A stretch of 63,809 nt of DNA, counting the filler, from Dicyema japonicum (lineage: Eukaryota; Animalia; Dicyemida), in assembly GCA_011109175.1 (NCBI GenBank). It is 6 parts of 6 records of this genome, joined end to end, with 100 filler letters (N's around TTAATTAATTAA, not from the genome) between each part and the next. Parts side by side here need not be neighbours in the genome. Positions count along the whole stretch, not along the records: positions 26,487 to 54,826 come from RDEW01000080.1; 5 more parts are not named here. One strand, written 5' to 3'. This document shows positions 39,096-51,370 of the stretch, piece after piece (position 1 is the stretch's first letter; each line of letters opens with the position of its first letter). The notes below the pieces were generated by a model. The model was not told the DNA's origin. It ran no database searches and saw nothing but the letters and a program-made list of their open reading frames with translations. The translations under genes and the position numbers were made by a program.

Positions 39096-41765
39096 AAATG
39101 ATGCTAGGGACAACAATAATTAATTGCTGGAAACTGTCTTGCGATCGAAGAGTTTGGAAGAAGTTAGTTAGGAAGATTGTTTCTAGTGCTGCACGAGTGA
39201 AATTATTACTATTATGATTTTACGCATGTTGCTAATAATAATAATCGCACCGGCAATGGAATATGTCTCTGTTGCATGGAAATAGCGATATCAGGGCCAC
39301 TATTCAATAACTAACTTACAGCAGATAAAAACTATACGTATGCTGGGACCAAAATGTTGAACAAAAATACCTCCAATGCTGACGCAATCTACAACTCATC
39401 CATGTGGATCCGGATTATTCTGCATTTGCGAGGAAGATGAACACCTACTCGGTTTCTCACTGTTTCACTCAAAAAAAAATCGGTTGGAAAAAAATTTCCG
39501 TCGCCAATCGCTTCTTCTGCAATAATCAATGAAGACTCTTCTGTTTGCAGTGGGAACAATGGAGACGCACACGCTTTGGATTGCACGTTTGCATCCGGGA
39601 ACTAGGATCACCTAAATAGTTGACAATTCTTTTGTCTTTCTTTCTCTGTGGTCCCGGGGTTAATGAATAATAATAATCAGCTGATTAATTAAAAAGACTG
39701 TGACATAAAATATATATAGAAGCTTATGATAACCGAAATTGCTATACGCTCTGCGTAGATTCACCGTGCATTGGAAATCGAGAATTTCTACTATGCTTGG
39801 ATCAGACGCTAAGGCAAAGAGTCGAGTCACTATAGAATTTACGTTTTGACGATCTGAGTTGGTTACATATACTAGATTCAAAAAAATTATTATTTCTGGA
39901 CAAATTAAAGGCATTGTGTAAATCAAAAAAGTAGAGTCCGTCTTCATTTTCGAAAAAGATGCAGCTTGAAAATTATCTTTAACATGTTTCCCTGCAACAG
40001 TCGCAATTGACCGAAACTCTCAACTGTGAAGGATACAAATTGGTTCAATGTTTTCGATCACAAGTTGACAGCAATCTTCAATGAAATTCAACCAAAAAAG
40101 CTGTCCATAGAATAGGTCACATTCCACAGTTTCTTCCCAGTACGTATAGATTAACTGAAAGCATCAAGCTTACGAGATGAAAGATTGAGCGACTTTAATG
40201 GCCAGGTATTTTACCTTACAAGATAATCAGTCCCGCTAGATCCTAGGCTATATTAATGATCCTCATCGTCATAAACTAAATATCAGCCAAAATTGTTGGA
40301 GAATATTTTTTAACACGTGTTCGCCCCAAGTCATGGTTCGACCATTGGCGAATGGGATTATTGTTTCCGCTTCTGGGCGTTGCCATCGCAAAAAACTAGT
40401 GACCAGCAGAGAAAGTGCATTTTTTAATGTCAAGTAGTGACCTCATGTCGGGGATCTGCAATAAATCAGCTTAAAGGATGATAACCATCGATCCAGCATC
40501 CACAAATCCATTTTTATTTAACACAAAATTAAGTTCAAGAAGGAGCGAGACAACTATTCTCACTGCCTCGTCGTCAGAAAATTGCCAATTTTACCACATG
40601 GATAAACATTCAAATAACATTTGTTGAATAATTTCTAGTCGTCTTGAAGCTGATTTTCTAGCATCATATTGCGTTAGAGGAACTCTTTCTTATTCAAATT
40701 TTCAAAAACATATCTTAATGTGATTTCAAATTAATTTGGTCATTTAGATGATTAAGAGAATGCCCTCCTATACGTCCACGAATCAAGAAATAAGAAAAGG
40801 GTGCAAGGTCAGAATAAACAATTGCATCCACATTTGGTTGCGAATAATAGTAAGAGTACTAATATCATCTATTGTCATCAAATGTATATTTAAAATTACT
40901 TTAACGGTTGACCTAATTTTACTGTCAATGAGAAATATGACCTATTTTTTACTATCAAGTAGAAAAGAACATCGGAGGTTGAAAAGCTTTTAGTCCTGAT
41001 CGCACAAATTCGCCAAAATCGCACAAAAAAGTTATTTTGTCATCAAACGATTACCTGATTCGATTTTTTAATATTTCACATAAAATCAAATCGAAAGAAC
41101 GAATGTTGGTCATTCGTTACTTGGAACAATATCATCTATTTGATTCTAAAGAAGGCAAAAGATTCTCTTATCATTCTCAGGCTAACTACTTCATACTGCT
41201 TTGTGTTGACTTCACGTCTAATTCTCCAAAATTAGACTAATTTAATTAACTTGCAGTACTCTTGTCTGAAAAAAATAATTTCATATACCTTGCAGTACTC
41301 TTGTTAGAAAAAGAAATAGATATAATCATACTTAAAAACCAAAATCCAGGTCATCCGCATATCTTAATTCCTAGATAGAAGTAGGACAATCTTTAGCTCT
41401 CAAATTACGAAGAGCAGCTTCCAGATAGACAACAAACGGATTGGTTATTGTGAGTCAACTTCTGAAGTGTCAATTGTGTGTAGCCTCTCTTCAGATTCAC
41501 TTAAAATTTTATTTTCGCGCAAATTGACCTGTAATTAAACATTATTCAAAAGGTATTAAACTTTTTGACACAATTTTTAAACATTTTGATAAAGTTACTA
41601 AACATTAAGGCAAAGTTATTAGACATTTTTGACAAATTTATTAAATTTTATGGTAAAATTATTAAACAAATCGGAAAACCATGTAAATTGTGTGAATTTA
41701 ATTAAATTATTTTTTAATTTTATTTTTTTAATCCAACACTTTATTTAATAAAATTATAATTAATT

Positions 41766-42640
41766 ATGACGACTGTATTTCATGTAGTAATTTTTATTTC
41801 TTGTGGTTATCGTATATTCATTATTTTGGTATTTAATCTCATAGATGTTCACTTTTCTTGTGTTAAACTTGTCATTCGATATATTGACATCACAGAATAT
41901 TTGCAAAGACGAATTAATAATGAATAGAACTCTGTATTAAATATAATTTATTAAGATATTGGATTAATTGTACATATTCGATAACTGGCCTACCTGATTT
42001 TAAAGTAGTTGCATTGTAGGTTAAAAATATTAAAATTGAACCTGATGTCAACTTTTCATTATTGGGAATGAAGTTAGATGCTTTGTAATTATTATTAAAT
42101 ATTCATAGTCGATGTGGTAATCATGATGAAAGTTTAAAATCTGTAGAAAACCAAACATTCCCACCCACCATTAAGGAATTGTTATATATATTTTTTAAAT
42201 TTATAGATATTTTACTGAATGTAATTCCCTCAGATTTATATCGATCGAATTTGCGGAAAATTTATCAATGCTTTTCGAAATGTAGTTTTTTTGTAATTAA
42301 TCTAGATGGTTTCCTAGAGGAATATATGTTATTCAAGTTTTTAGAGTTATTTCCAACTTTGTTTATTTATATAAGTTTTTTTAATGATAATAATATAGAG
42401 TTATCGTGTGCATTAATCCATTCGATAATCTAGAGGCGTATGATATTATATTTAGTATAGATATGAAGGAATAACTAATATACAATTAGCAATCATAGAT
42501 AATAAATTGTATATGTTAGAAAATAATATATTTAGAGGAAACAGCAGGCCGACAAGTGAATATTTCAGTCTAATAATCTGCAGTGCCATTAAAAACAAGT
42601 ATAATGTACTTGGAAATTGAGGAGTTCAATTAAACATTTA
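41766..42640 (+). pseudogene. Short LRR protein gene, one repeat per exon, with micro-introns and an in-frame TAG
   Basis: Introns 41934-55, 42085-108, 42181-206 and 42282-305 are all phase 2; 72- and 75-nt exons splice to LKSVENQTFPPTIKEL-YFTECNSLRFISIEFAENLSMLFEI-WF; hydrophobic N-terminus MTTVFHVVIFISCG. Confidence 0.6.
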
Positions 42641-43049
42641 ACTAACTTAATCGTTCATTTTTCTGGAATATAAAATTGGTGTTAATTAATTCAAATTTAT
42701 TATGATTTAATTATTATCCTGGTTGGATAACAGAATCACACAGCTATACTTTTGTCTCTAAAAGAATAATTTCACTTAAAAAGACGATTACAGAAGGAAT
42801 CGACTCTGATAGGTGTTAAAGAACTACGGTTTTCTTCTGATTTATGCAGAACAGCGTATGCATTATCTTAATTAATCATATAAGGACTTAAACTATTAGT
42901 TTTACTCACACACAATTATTCTCAATGAAGAGGAATATGTTCAAACAGTTGTGAACGATGATGGGAGTATTGACTATATAAGGAGCATCGTCATTTTACT
43001 TCGAATACTGCAATGTAAACCAAAATGGTGACATATAATGAAATATTTA

Positions 43050-43845
43050 GACCAGGTGAGTTAATACAACTCCCTTTGAAAGATTCCGAAACTGATCAAA
43101 ACACTCCATGAAGACGAGGACGTTTATCTTCCCTACCCATAAAGAACACAGTAAAACGAAGCACAAAATTAATAAAAACGAACCATACCCCCTTTCTAGA
43201 ACACCAATTGGGGTGACCTTTATCAAATAATACATAACAACACCAAACAGAACTGGATCCTTCTCCACAAGCTTTAAGGTACAGAGACAGCTTGAATCAC
43301 ACCAAGTTCAACTTGAGAATGAAATGCGCACAACATCTACGCTACGAGTTTGAGCACCCCATTGAAGGTCCGTCTTACACGAACCTGGATCTGCCAAATC
43401 GTAACTAAAGCGGAGTTCAGCATGCATTTCAGCTGGGAGGTTCTCAGAGAGATAATCTTTGAGAAATTATTTTGAATAATTAACTCCAAGTTGTTCCGTT
43501 CACTCAAATCCTTGAAATCCAGTATAAAAAAGACACTCCTTGCGGCTAGGCTTGACATGTGACGCCGTCATCAGTGGAGTGAGAAATTATTTTGAATAAT
43601 TAACTCCAGGTTGTTCCGTTCACTCAAATCTTTGAAATCCAGTATAAAAAAGACACTCCTTGCGGCTAGGCTTGACAAGTGACGCCGTCATCAGTGGAGA
43701 TTCACTGCGGAACTGATAGTCAAAAGGACATACACACAAGAAAAAGAAAAAGCAAAGAAGTAAGAGCATTCCTTAGTTCTTCCTTTACGAATAGTTATAA
43801 TAACTGTTCTTTTCTTAAATAAAGTGTGTGTTCTGCAAGAGCGAA
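43050..43845 (+). mobile_element. Probable LINE 3' end (with ~119-bp tandem duplication) whose tail matches the SINE
   Basis: ORF-like end ...SIKKTLLAARLDK* runs directly into GACGCCGTCATC...TTCACTGCGGAACTG...AAATAAAGTGTGTGTTCTGC. Confidence 0.45.
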
Positions 43846-45539
43846 ACCCTAAGCATCTTACGTGCTTATGGCAACGCGGTAGTGTTAATTATTATTGCTG
43901 CTAGTCACGAAGGAAGCTTTATTTCTACATTCTACCTAACATAGTTTCACTAGTGATCGTGCTATTTTTTTCAAGTGTTGTTAAAACAAAAGTGGACATT
44001 TTTTATTTGGATTTTATTTGAGGTTACCAATTTTTCTAAACTTTTCTATATAAAATAGCAAAAACCATGTTCATGTCTCAAAATAATGCAAGTTTCCAAA
44101 TAAAAAAGGGACAAACCTTAGGTTTAGAAAAGAATTGGGTTGTGAAAAAATAACCCAAGGGATGACTTTATTGTACCATAATGAACCCACTAGTAGGAAC
44201 ATTATATTTGAAGGGGAGACCATGATGCGTACCACATGGAAAAAATGCAAATCATTTTAAAATACCGTTATGACGCATGCCACTAGGAGAAACATGCAAA
44301 TCTTCGTTCCCATAGATTGTCAATCCCGACATTGTAGACGAACGTTGTGCTAATTCATGACATTCAAGTAGGTGATTCGTTATCAACACGTAGAGGTACT
44401 TTGCAGTCGCTTATGAGTTGAATGCGTTCTGGGCCTGTTGGAACTGATTTTGGCTGACGATTGCTTAGAATTCCTACTAACAAAGCGAATTTGGGTTGAT
44501 TGATGGGAAACATATGTTATTCGATTTCCTATGAAGTCTGTTTCATGTTGCTTCCTCGCTGTTATGATTTTTGTCAAGTCTTCCTATAATGTCAAAAAGA
44601 TGTAAAAGGGCAGTCAAGAGACCACGTAAGTGGGTTCTTGGTTTTGACATTTTATATTATTGCTAAAATTTGATTTGGAGATTAATTCGACGATATGAGT
44701 CTCTAAAGGCAATACTTCTAATACCCAATGAAAATGAATATTGTCTACGGTCGGTTAAAAGCGAAACGCTTTATGATTTCTACCAAAAAGTCGATATGTA
44801 CTTTATTCACCTCAGACCGGTAACAAGGCCTCTCTCACTTCTTGGATTAATGTACTACAGACTGCTGAATTTCAACTCCCATGCGAAACAAATCTTCACC
44901 AAAAGCAACCAGAAGAATAATTTTGTACGTACACTTGTTCAGAGGACCGTTTTAAATTTGCGCTGCCTGTAGAGTATACATATGTTTTGAGAAGATATAC
45001 GCTATTGGAAACTTTGGTCGACAGACCAAACTCAATTTACTAAAAAACCTTTCTTATAATCATTCACTCCCTTACTCACGATTGCTACTATTGTCGTCGT
45101 GGGTCTCGATTCCTCCGCGTCTGTAAGGAAGATAGAAACCCTGTTCGCCTACCTACATCAAAGGCAAAAAACTGATTTGTTCAAAAGTACTCTTCTCCAA
45201 TCCGATTCCTCTGCATGAATGAGAAAAGGCTCTTTTATACAGTAGTAGAGACGATGGAAGACGACATGGTTAGAATCGTACAGTTGATTGCGGGAACTGT
45301 GTTCACTATCTGTTTGACATTATTATGTCTTTTTCCCGGTTATCCCGGGGTTCTAAGTAAATAAATAATTCTTATCTTAGTGACATCCTAACTTCTTTTT
45401 TTTTGAGTGCATTTTATTAATTCAATAAAAAAACGCTTCTTATCAAATAATTCAATTAAATTGATTACTTTACTAAAAATATTTTATTAATTTAAAAATG
45501 TTTAAAATATACTTTCGTGTTTTAAAACTCACACATCTG

Positions 45540-46290
45540 CTGGAAAATGCACCGGACAAACTGGGGGAATGGTTCCTCATCGTTAACCGGGCCAAAACGG
45601 AAATCACGGAAATCAAAAGAATGGACAACATCCTTAATGAACGTTGGCGACATGTTAATAAGCTTGGATCCCTACTGGGGGACACAGAAGACATCATCAA
45701 AAGGAAAACACTTGCAGGAGTAGCAATGCGAAAACTCAAAAAGGGATGGCTGAAAGGACTAGATGTCAATCTGCGGATACGCATGTACAATGCATTTGTG
45801 AAACCGATACTGACATACAATGCTGGTACTTGGGCCTGTACAGGTGCGGAATCAATGGCTCTCGATGGGTTCCACAGAAAACAGCTTAGAGTATTATTTG
45901 GCATGCAGTGGCCAGCCAGAATCTCGAATACCGGTATTTACAAAAAATGCAAGAGTAGGCCTCTAAGCCTGGAAATCACTGACGCCCGGTGGAGACTGTT
46001 TGGTCACGTACTACGCATGGATCTTGCTGCCCCGGCTAATGTGGCGATGGAGGACCATTTCATGTTCGAGGGCAAATGCTTCCGTGGCAGACCAAGGATG
46101 ACCCTACCTATCATGTTGCACAAAGACCTCCAAAGGATGAAGAAATGCCTAAAGACGGGAGACGATCTGGACATGCTGAGATCGACTGCGTGTAACCGTG
46201 GAGGATGGAAGAGGCTAACTAATAACATTGTTTCTTGTATTGCACATGCTTTGCTATAACTATTATGGCAAGGCGATAAGTGCTGTAATA
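45540..46290 (+). mobile_element. RTE-clade non-LTR retrotransposon 3' end, ORF open
   Basis: LRIRMYNAFVKPILTYNAGTW, WPARISN, RWRLFGHVLRMD, RGRPRMT; (TAA)n tail. Confidence 0.85.
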
Positions 46291-48085
46291 ATAATAATTA
46301 AAACTATTCTATAATGGCCAGACATCTCAACGTAGATATGCTGGAAAACTAACGGGTTTATGATGCCGTGGTACGTCTTCCATTTCAAATCATCAGCAGT
46401 GCTCGCTGTGGAAGACTCGAGTAGTCTCTGAGTATATAACAATTTAAAAAAATTAGTGATCCTAATTGAGTATTAAACTGAGTTGTCTGGCTGAATTTGA
46501 CAAACACAAATCATTTTATTGACAACTAAAATTTATTTTTACGTTTCTTAATTTAAAAATATTACTAATTGATTTTTTATTTTTTCAATTTAACATTTGT
46601 AAGACTATCGGTAGTGGTATTGAACTGTTGCATTTTAAAGTATCACGGTTCCCCTTACCACTTTGCCATCTTCATCCTGTGCTCATCGAGGGACCCAACC
46701 TCTTACCGAAAGTGTCTGGATTTTTGCCTATCGCAGGAAGTTGACGGGGGACTAATGTCTGAGTATAGGTCTTACATTTTCAGATTGCGCCAAGGAGAAA
46801 CATAGTGGATTCCGTGTTCTTACAGAACCGGAGTAACCCGCAGCCATTCCTTCGTATTGACGGCTACGACAGTTGAGTTACAAGAGTAGAATCTGTTTGA
46901 CTCATTATAAAAGCTTAGTCCTTTCTCGTATGGAGGTAATTTTGTCTAGGAACGACGGCTAAGATTACGTACTTACATAAAGCAAAGGGATCTTAGAATG
47001 TGATTTTTCACATATGTTAGCATATTGTCATGCGGTTCTCCTATTTTGGGGGCACTCGGTGCCAATGGGCATGAAGAAAAACTATTTTCTTTTCCTACTT
47101 TGTCAGATCGCTTCATGGGGTGGCTCATTTTTCTCCTAATTTTCTCGAGATAAATTATGGGTTTAATTCTCACATCGATACTCTTCGTTAATTTACTGAG
47201 AACCACTCTCCAAACACACCAGAAAGATGAATAAAAAGATTATGATAATCGTCTGCCAACGTATTTAGTGTAATTAATTGTTGAGATATTCATTGACCAA
47301 GAATATCCACGAGTTTTCTTATTTGTTCTTCGTGAAATCAGTCGAGTTGTTCAATATTTTTCTTTGATGTTCCCCAAGTACATGCGTTGAACATGATAAC
47401 TGGTCGGCTTCCGTAATAAACAAAATAAAAATTTATAGATTTAAGCAAACTCCTTTATCTTTAAATAAAAGTCAGATAAGGTTATGATGATTAAACTTGG
47501 TTAAGGCCAACATCAGTAAACATATTTCGAGTTGTTTTTCGAAGTAGCCTTTTTCACAGTTCCGATTAGTTTATCAACATAAACAAGTAATTTAAATGAA
47601 AATGAAAACTCCATTATGGTATGCAGACATTGAGCACGGCATGGGAATTACTCCCAATGCTTTGGAAGAGCAATTGGGCTTTTCCGGGATCTCCCCTGAG
47701 CAGTACAGCAAGATACCGAATCAAACTGATAAAATTTACGTTCTAAGGCCAACCACGCCAAATTTCTTAAAGAAGATCGGCTGGTTTCTCAATTCTAAGG
47801 TTCATTGAATGATCGGGTAGAACCAAAATGTAAGGGGATCAATTCGTAGACCTTAAAAAAATTCCGTGTAGAACCAAAATGTAAGGGATAATTCGAAAAA
47901 CTTATATCTAAAAAATAATAAACATATTGGAGAAAAAAGGAAAGCATTATTCACGTCAATGAGGCAAAGTAAATGTGGCGCGCCATCCGCGTTACAAATT
48001 CTATCGTGTTACATTTTGACCTTGAAATTTTATTTTTTTGACACGAATCAACCTTGATATTCAGATGTTGCCGTTTTTATCAAAA

Positions 48086-49414
48086 ATGCTACTTAAAAAT
48101 TTAGTACTAACTATTGAAGAGTACAAAAATATTGTTGCTTATTTGGAAAACAATAAGATTGATGGAAGTTTAACTGGAATGAAGAAGTCCCGATTTCTAA
48201 ATAAGACAAAATGTTTCTTACTAGAAGACTCTAGGCTAATAACCAATGATGGAACAAAAAAAATTGTAATTGCTCAAGATGATTTGGAAACTATGAAGTC
48301 TGAATGTCTGAATTTACATTTGAAAACGCATTATGGAGTAAACAAAATGAAAGAATACTCTGACAACTATTTTTTTACTATTAAGAGATCTATCATCCGA
48401 AAAGTTTGTGCTGAATGTATGGCGTGTGCACAAAGTCAGCCGCTAAAAGCACATATTCCTTTAATAAACATTAAAGCGAAAGCTCCAAGAGAGCGTTATC
48501 AAATGGATATGGTAGATTTGAGTCGCTGGTCTGAAGAAAATCATGGTCTCAAATATATTTTTAACGTAATTGATATTTATTCAAAATTTTGCTTTGCCCG
48601 AGCTACTAATTCGAAAGAAGCATTTCTAATTGCTTCTATTTTAAAAAACATTTTTTATAATTTTGGACCTCCTCAAATATTACAATCAGACAACGGAAAA
48701 GAATTCAAAAATGAAATAGTTACTTCATTATGCCAAGAATGCAACGTTTTACAGAAGTTTAGTCGCCCAAGGCACCCTCAATCACAGGGTCAAGTTGAAA
48801 GGTGTAACCAAACGTTAACGCGTTGGTTACAAAAAAGACTATTTGTAAAAGGAAATCACGAATGGTCTACGAGCCTCGATTCAATTGTCTATAATTATAA
48901 TATAAGTGTTCATTCAGCAACAAAAAAGTCACCGTTTAGCCTATTTCACCGTATTAAAAGGTATAATACATTTATGCGGAATGAAAGTGACTTTAAACTT
49001 TATAATGTTTAGATATTGATAAGGATAATGAGGAAGAAATATCATGTTTGAATAATGAGGATGACTGTGAAATAAAATCAAATGAAGGTATATAGAAAAC
49101 ATTTTTAATTTAGATGTATTATCAGACATAATTAGAGAATGAAAAGAAACAGTATTATCAGAGAATGAAAAGAAAACGAAATTTAAATAATGGATCAATG
49201 GAAATTGGAGATTCGGTCTTAGTACCGAAAGACTTTAGTAACGATCCAAAATATAAAAAAAATGAAATTGAATTCATTTTATGAAGGTTTTTTAAATTTG
49301 GTTACAATAGGACCCTTTACGGTTGATGAAATAATATCGGAAAACAAAGTTAGAATTAAAAATTTTGAACAAGAAAAAGAAGTGCTAAAATCCTTAATTA
49401 GAGTAATTCGTTAA
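48086..49414 (+). mobile_element. Ginger/Gypsy-like DDE integrase gene with three micro-introns
   Basis: HHCC (HLKTHYG...CMAC), QMDMVD, VIDIYSKF, LQSDNGKEF, HPQSQGQVERCNQT; introns 48987-49012, 49088-49113 and 49287-49310 restore ...FYEG-PFTVDE (GPY/F module); small lesions in the C-terminal part. Confidence 0.85.
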
Positions 49415-49460
49415 ACTTTTGTAATAAAATTGAATTTCTTTATGTTTATTTATATTAGTG

Positions 49461-49545
49461 TCTATCAAAAAAACAGCGGCCAAAAGACAGGGATATAGTA
49501 TCTATTAGAAGAAGAGCAGCGGCCGAAGGCCGCATAGGGATCTAG
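49461..49545 (+). mobile_element. Tandem Helitron-like terminal units (TC...GC hairpin...CTAG)
   Basis: 49501-49545: A|TCTATT...GCGGCC-GAA-GGCCGC-8nt-CTAG|T, preceded by a degenerate copy at 49461-49498. Confidence 0.55.
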
Positions 49546-49739
49546 TATCTATTGCGATTTTAAGGGTTGAATAGATTTATTTTTATTAATAATAACTTAA
49601 TTATAAAATTAAATATTACATTAATAATTTTAATAAAACAACAGTTATTTAGCCTAGTGGTGATTTAATTTTTCAAGCTGTGAATTTTTTTTTTTTTTTT
49701 TAAATTCAGCAAGTATTTATTTATAACAATAAAATCGTT

Positions 49740-50354
49740 CTAAAGTCCAGCGGATATGATCGAGTGGCTGTTACCTCTGACTACTGCCAGGGATATCCTT
49801 TGGAAAAGCCACTCGGTTTCCCGACGCTGCCTCGAGGCTTTGGTCAATAGACACCCAAGTGCTCTAAGGAAAGAGACCGTCTTGGGGCCAAAGACTCCGC
49901 TCGTCTCGACAACCACTGGCTGTACATGGAAACGGTTTAGGAGGCTGCTGTATTTCTTTATTTTTGAGTTTTCATATAAACGGGCGACCTCTTCCGCTTT
50001 CATTGCCGACCTCAAAAGTTTCGACTGGGAAAAACTGTCAGTACAGGCAGCATCCCAAATTAAGTATTTGCCCCGATAGAAGGGGAAGACAGTAATTCCA
50101 TCGGGTCGCTTCCCATCATCCCTACTCAAGCCCGTTGGCTCTAGAATGGATGGATATCCCGCCAACTCGAGGGCGCGCTTCACCACTTCATTTATAGCCT
50201 TGTGTCTAGCGAATCGACCTGCGCTTTTTCGACAAGAAAGGGAATGATGTCCATAGCAGTCGACCTTCCGTCCGCATCGGCACTCATGGGGTTGACAAAC
50301 TTTCAATCCAAGTCTGATGGAAACTCCGGTGCGGACCGTTTCATCGTCTAGGTG
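49740..50354 (-). mobile_element. CRE-clade retrotransposon 3' end, ORF open, poly(A) downstream
   Basis: CRCG...GHHSLSC...RH, DDGKRPDG, WDAACTD, VETSG, FQRISLAVVRGN; A-tail (poly-T at 49685-49701). Confidence 0.88.
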
Positions 50355-50597
50355 NNNNNNNNNNNNNNNNNNNNNNNNNNNNNNNNNNNNNNNNNNNNNN
50401 NNNNNNNNNNNNNNNNNNNNNNNNNNNNNNNNNNNNNNNNNNNNNNNNNNNNNNNNNNNNNNNNNNNNNNNNNNNNNNNNNNNNNNNNNNNNNNNNNNNN
50501 NNNNNNNNNNNNNNNNNNNNNNNNNNNNNNNNNNNNNNNNNNNNNNNNNNNNNNNNNNNNNNNNNNNNNNNNNNNNNNNNNNNNNNNNNNNNNNNNN

Positions 50598-51370
50598 TTC
50601 CCTCAACGTTGGTTCTATAATAAATTGTACAGGAATTAGCACGACGTCAATTTGGGGGAAATAACATTGTCGATCTCAAGTTTAGCAACGACGATTCCTC
50701 GATTTACTTGGCCTTTGAAAGTAAGAAAAGAACACTTCAAATATGCGACGTGGAAGAAGGACTTGGGAGGGTTATATCATGCGATTCTCATTTCCTATTT
50801 TTAAACTTGTTCATCATCCGTTTATTGTAGTCCTCAGTTTTATTTAAGAATTTGTGGATTGGTGGAGATTCAGCCGGTAGAATACATCTTGTTGACATAG
50901 GAGGTTCCAGGGATATCTTTCTGACTACTTCTTATAATGAAATTTCTACCTTAGCCGTTGATCCCTCAAAATACCATTTACTTGTTGGAAATATTAAAGG
51001 AAATTGTCACGTGTACGGAATCTCTATGATGGAAGGGGACTTGCGAGTTTAACGAGGAAATGGATGTCTGCTTTCCTGTAGAATATTAGGTGATCAGATT
51101 TTTACTTCATCAACTGGGACTATTTCTGTGTTTGAATCATGGATCTTTAAGCCATGTTATACCATAAAGGATGTTAATGATGACATTGAAATCAGTAGTT
51201 GTATATTTGATTGTATCCCGATTTACCACAAGAATGGAATTAGGTTAATATCCATAAACTCAGAGAACCTCAAAATATGGGACTGAAACACTCTGGACTG
51301 TAACAGGCTTTTATTGTTGTTGAAAGTTCATAATATGCCCACTACTTGCATGGAGTTGATTAAATATTGA
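50598..51370 (+). pseudogene. Divergent WD40 protein, most similar to LST8/GbetaL, with stops
   Basis: NIVDLKFSNDDSSIY, VHHP-[22-nt intron 50827-48]-LWIGGDSAGRIHLVDI, ISTLAVDPSKYHLLVGNIKGNCHVY (cf. LST8 GDQSG.[29 protein letters not shown]); in-frame TAA at 51050. Confidence 0.5.
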
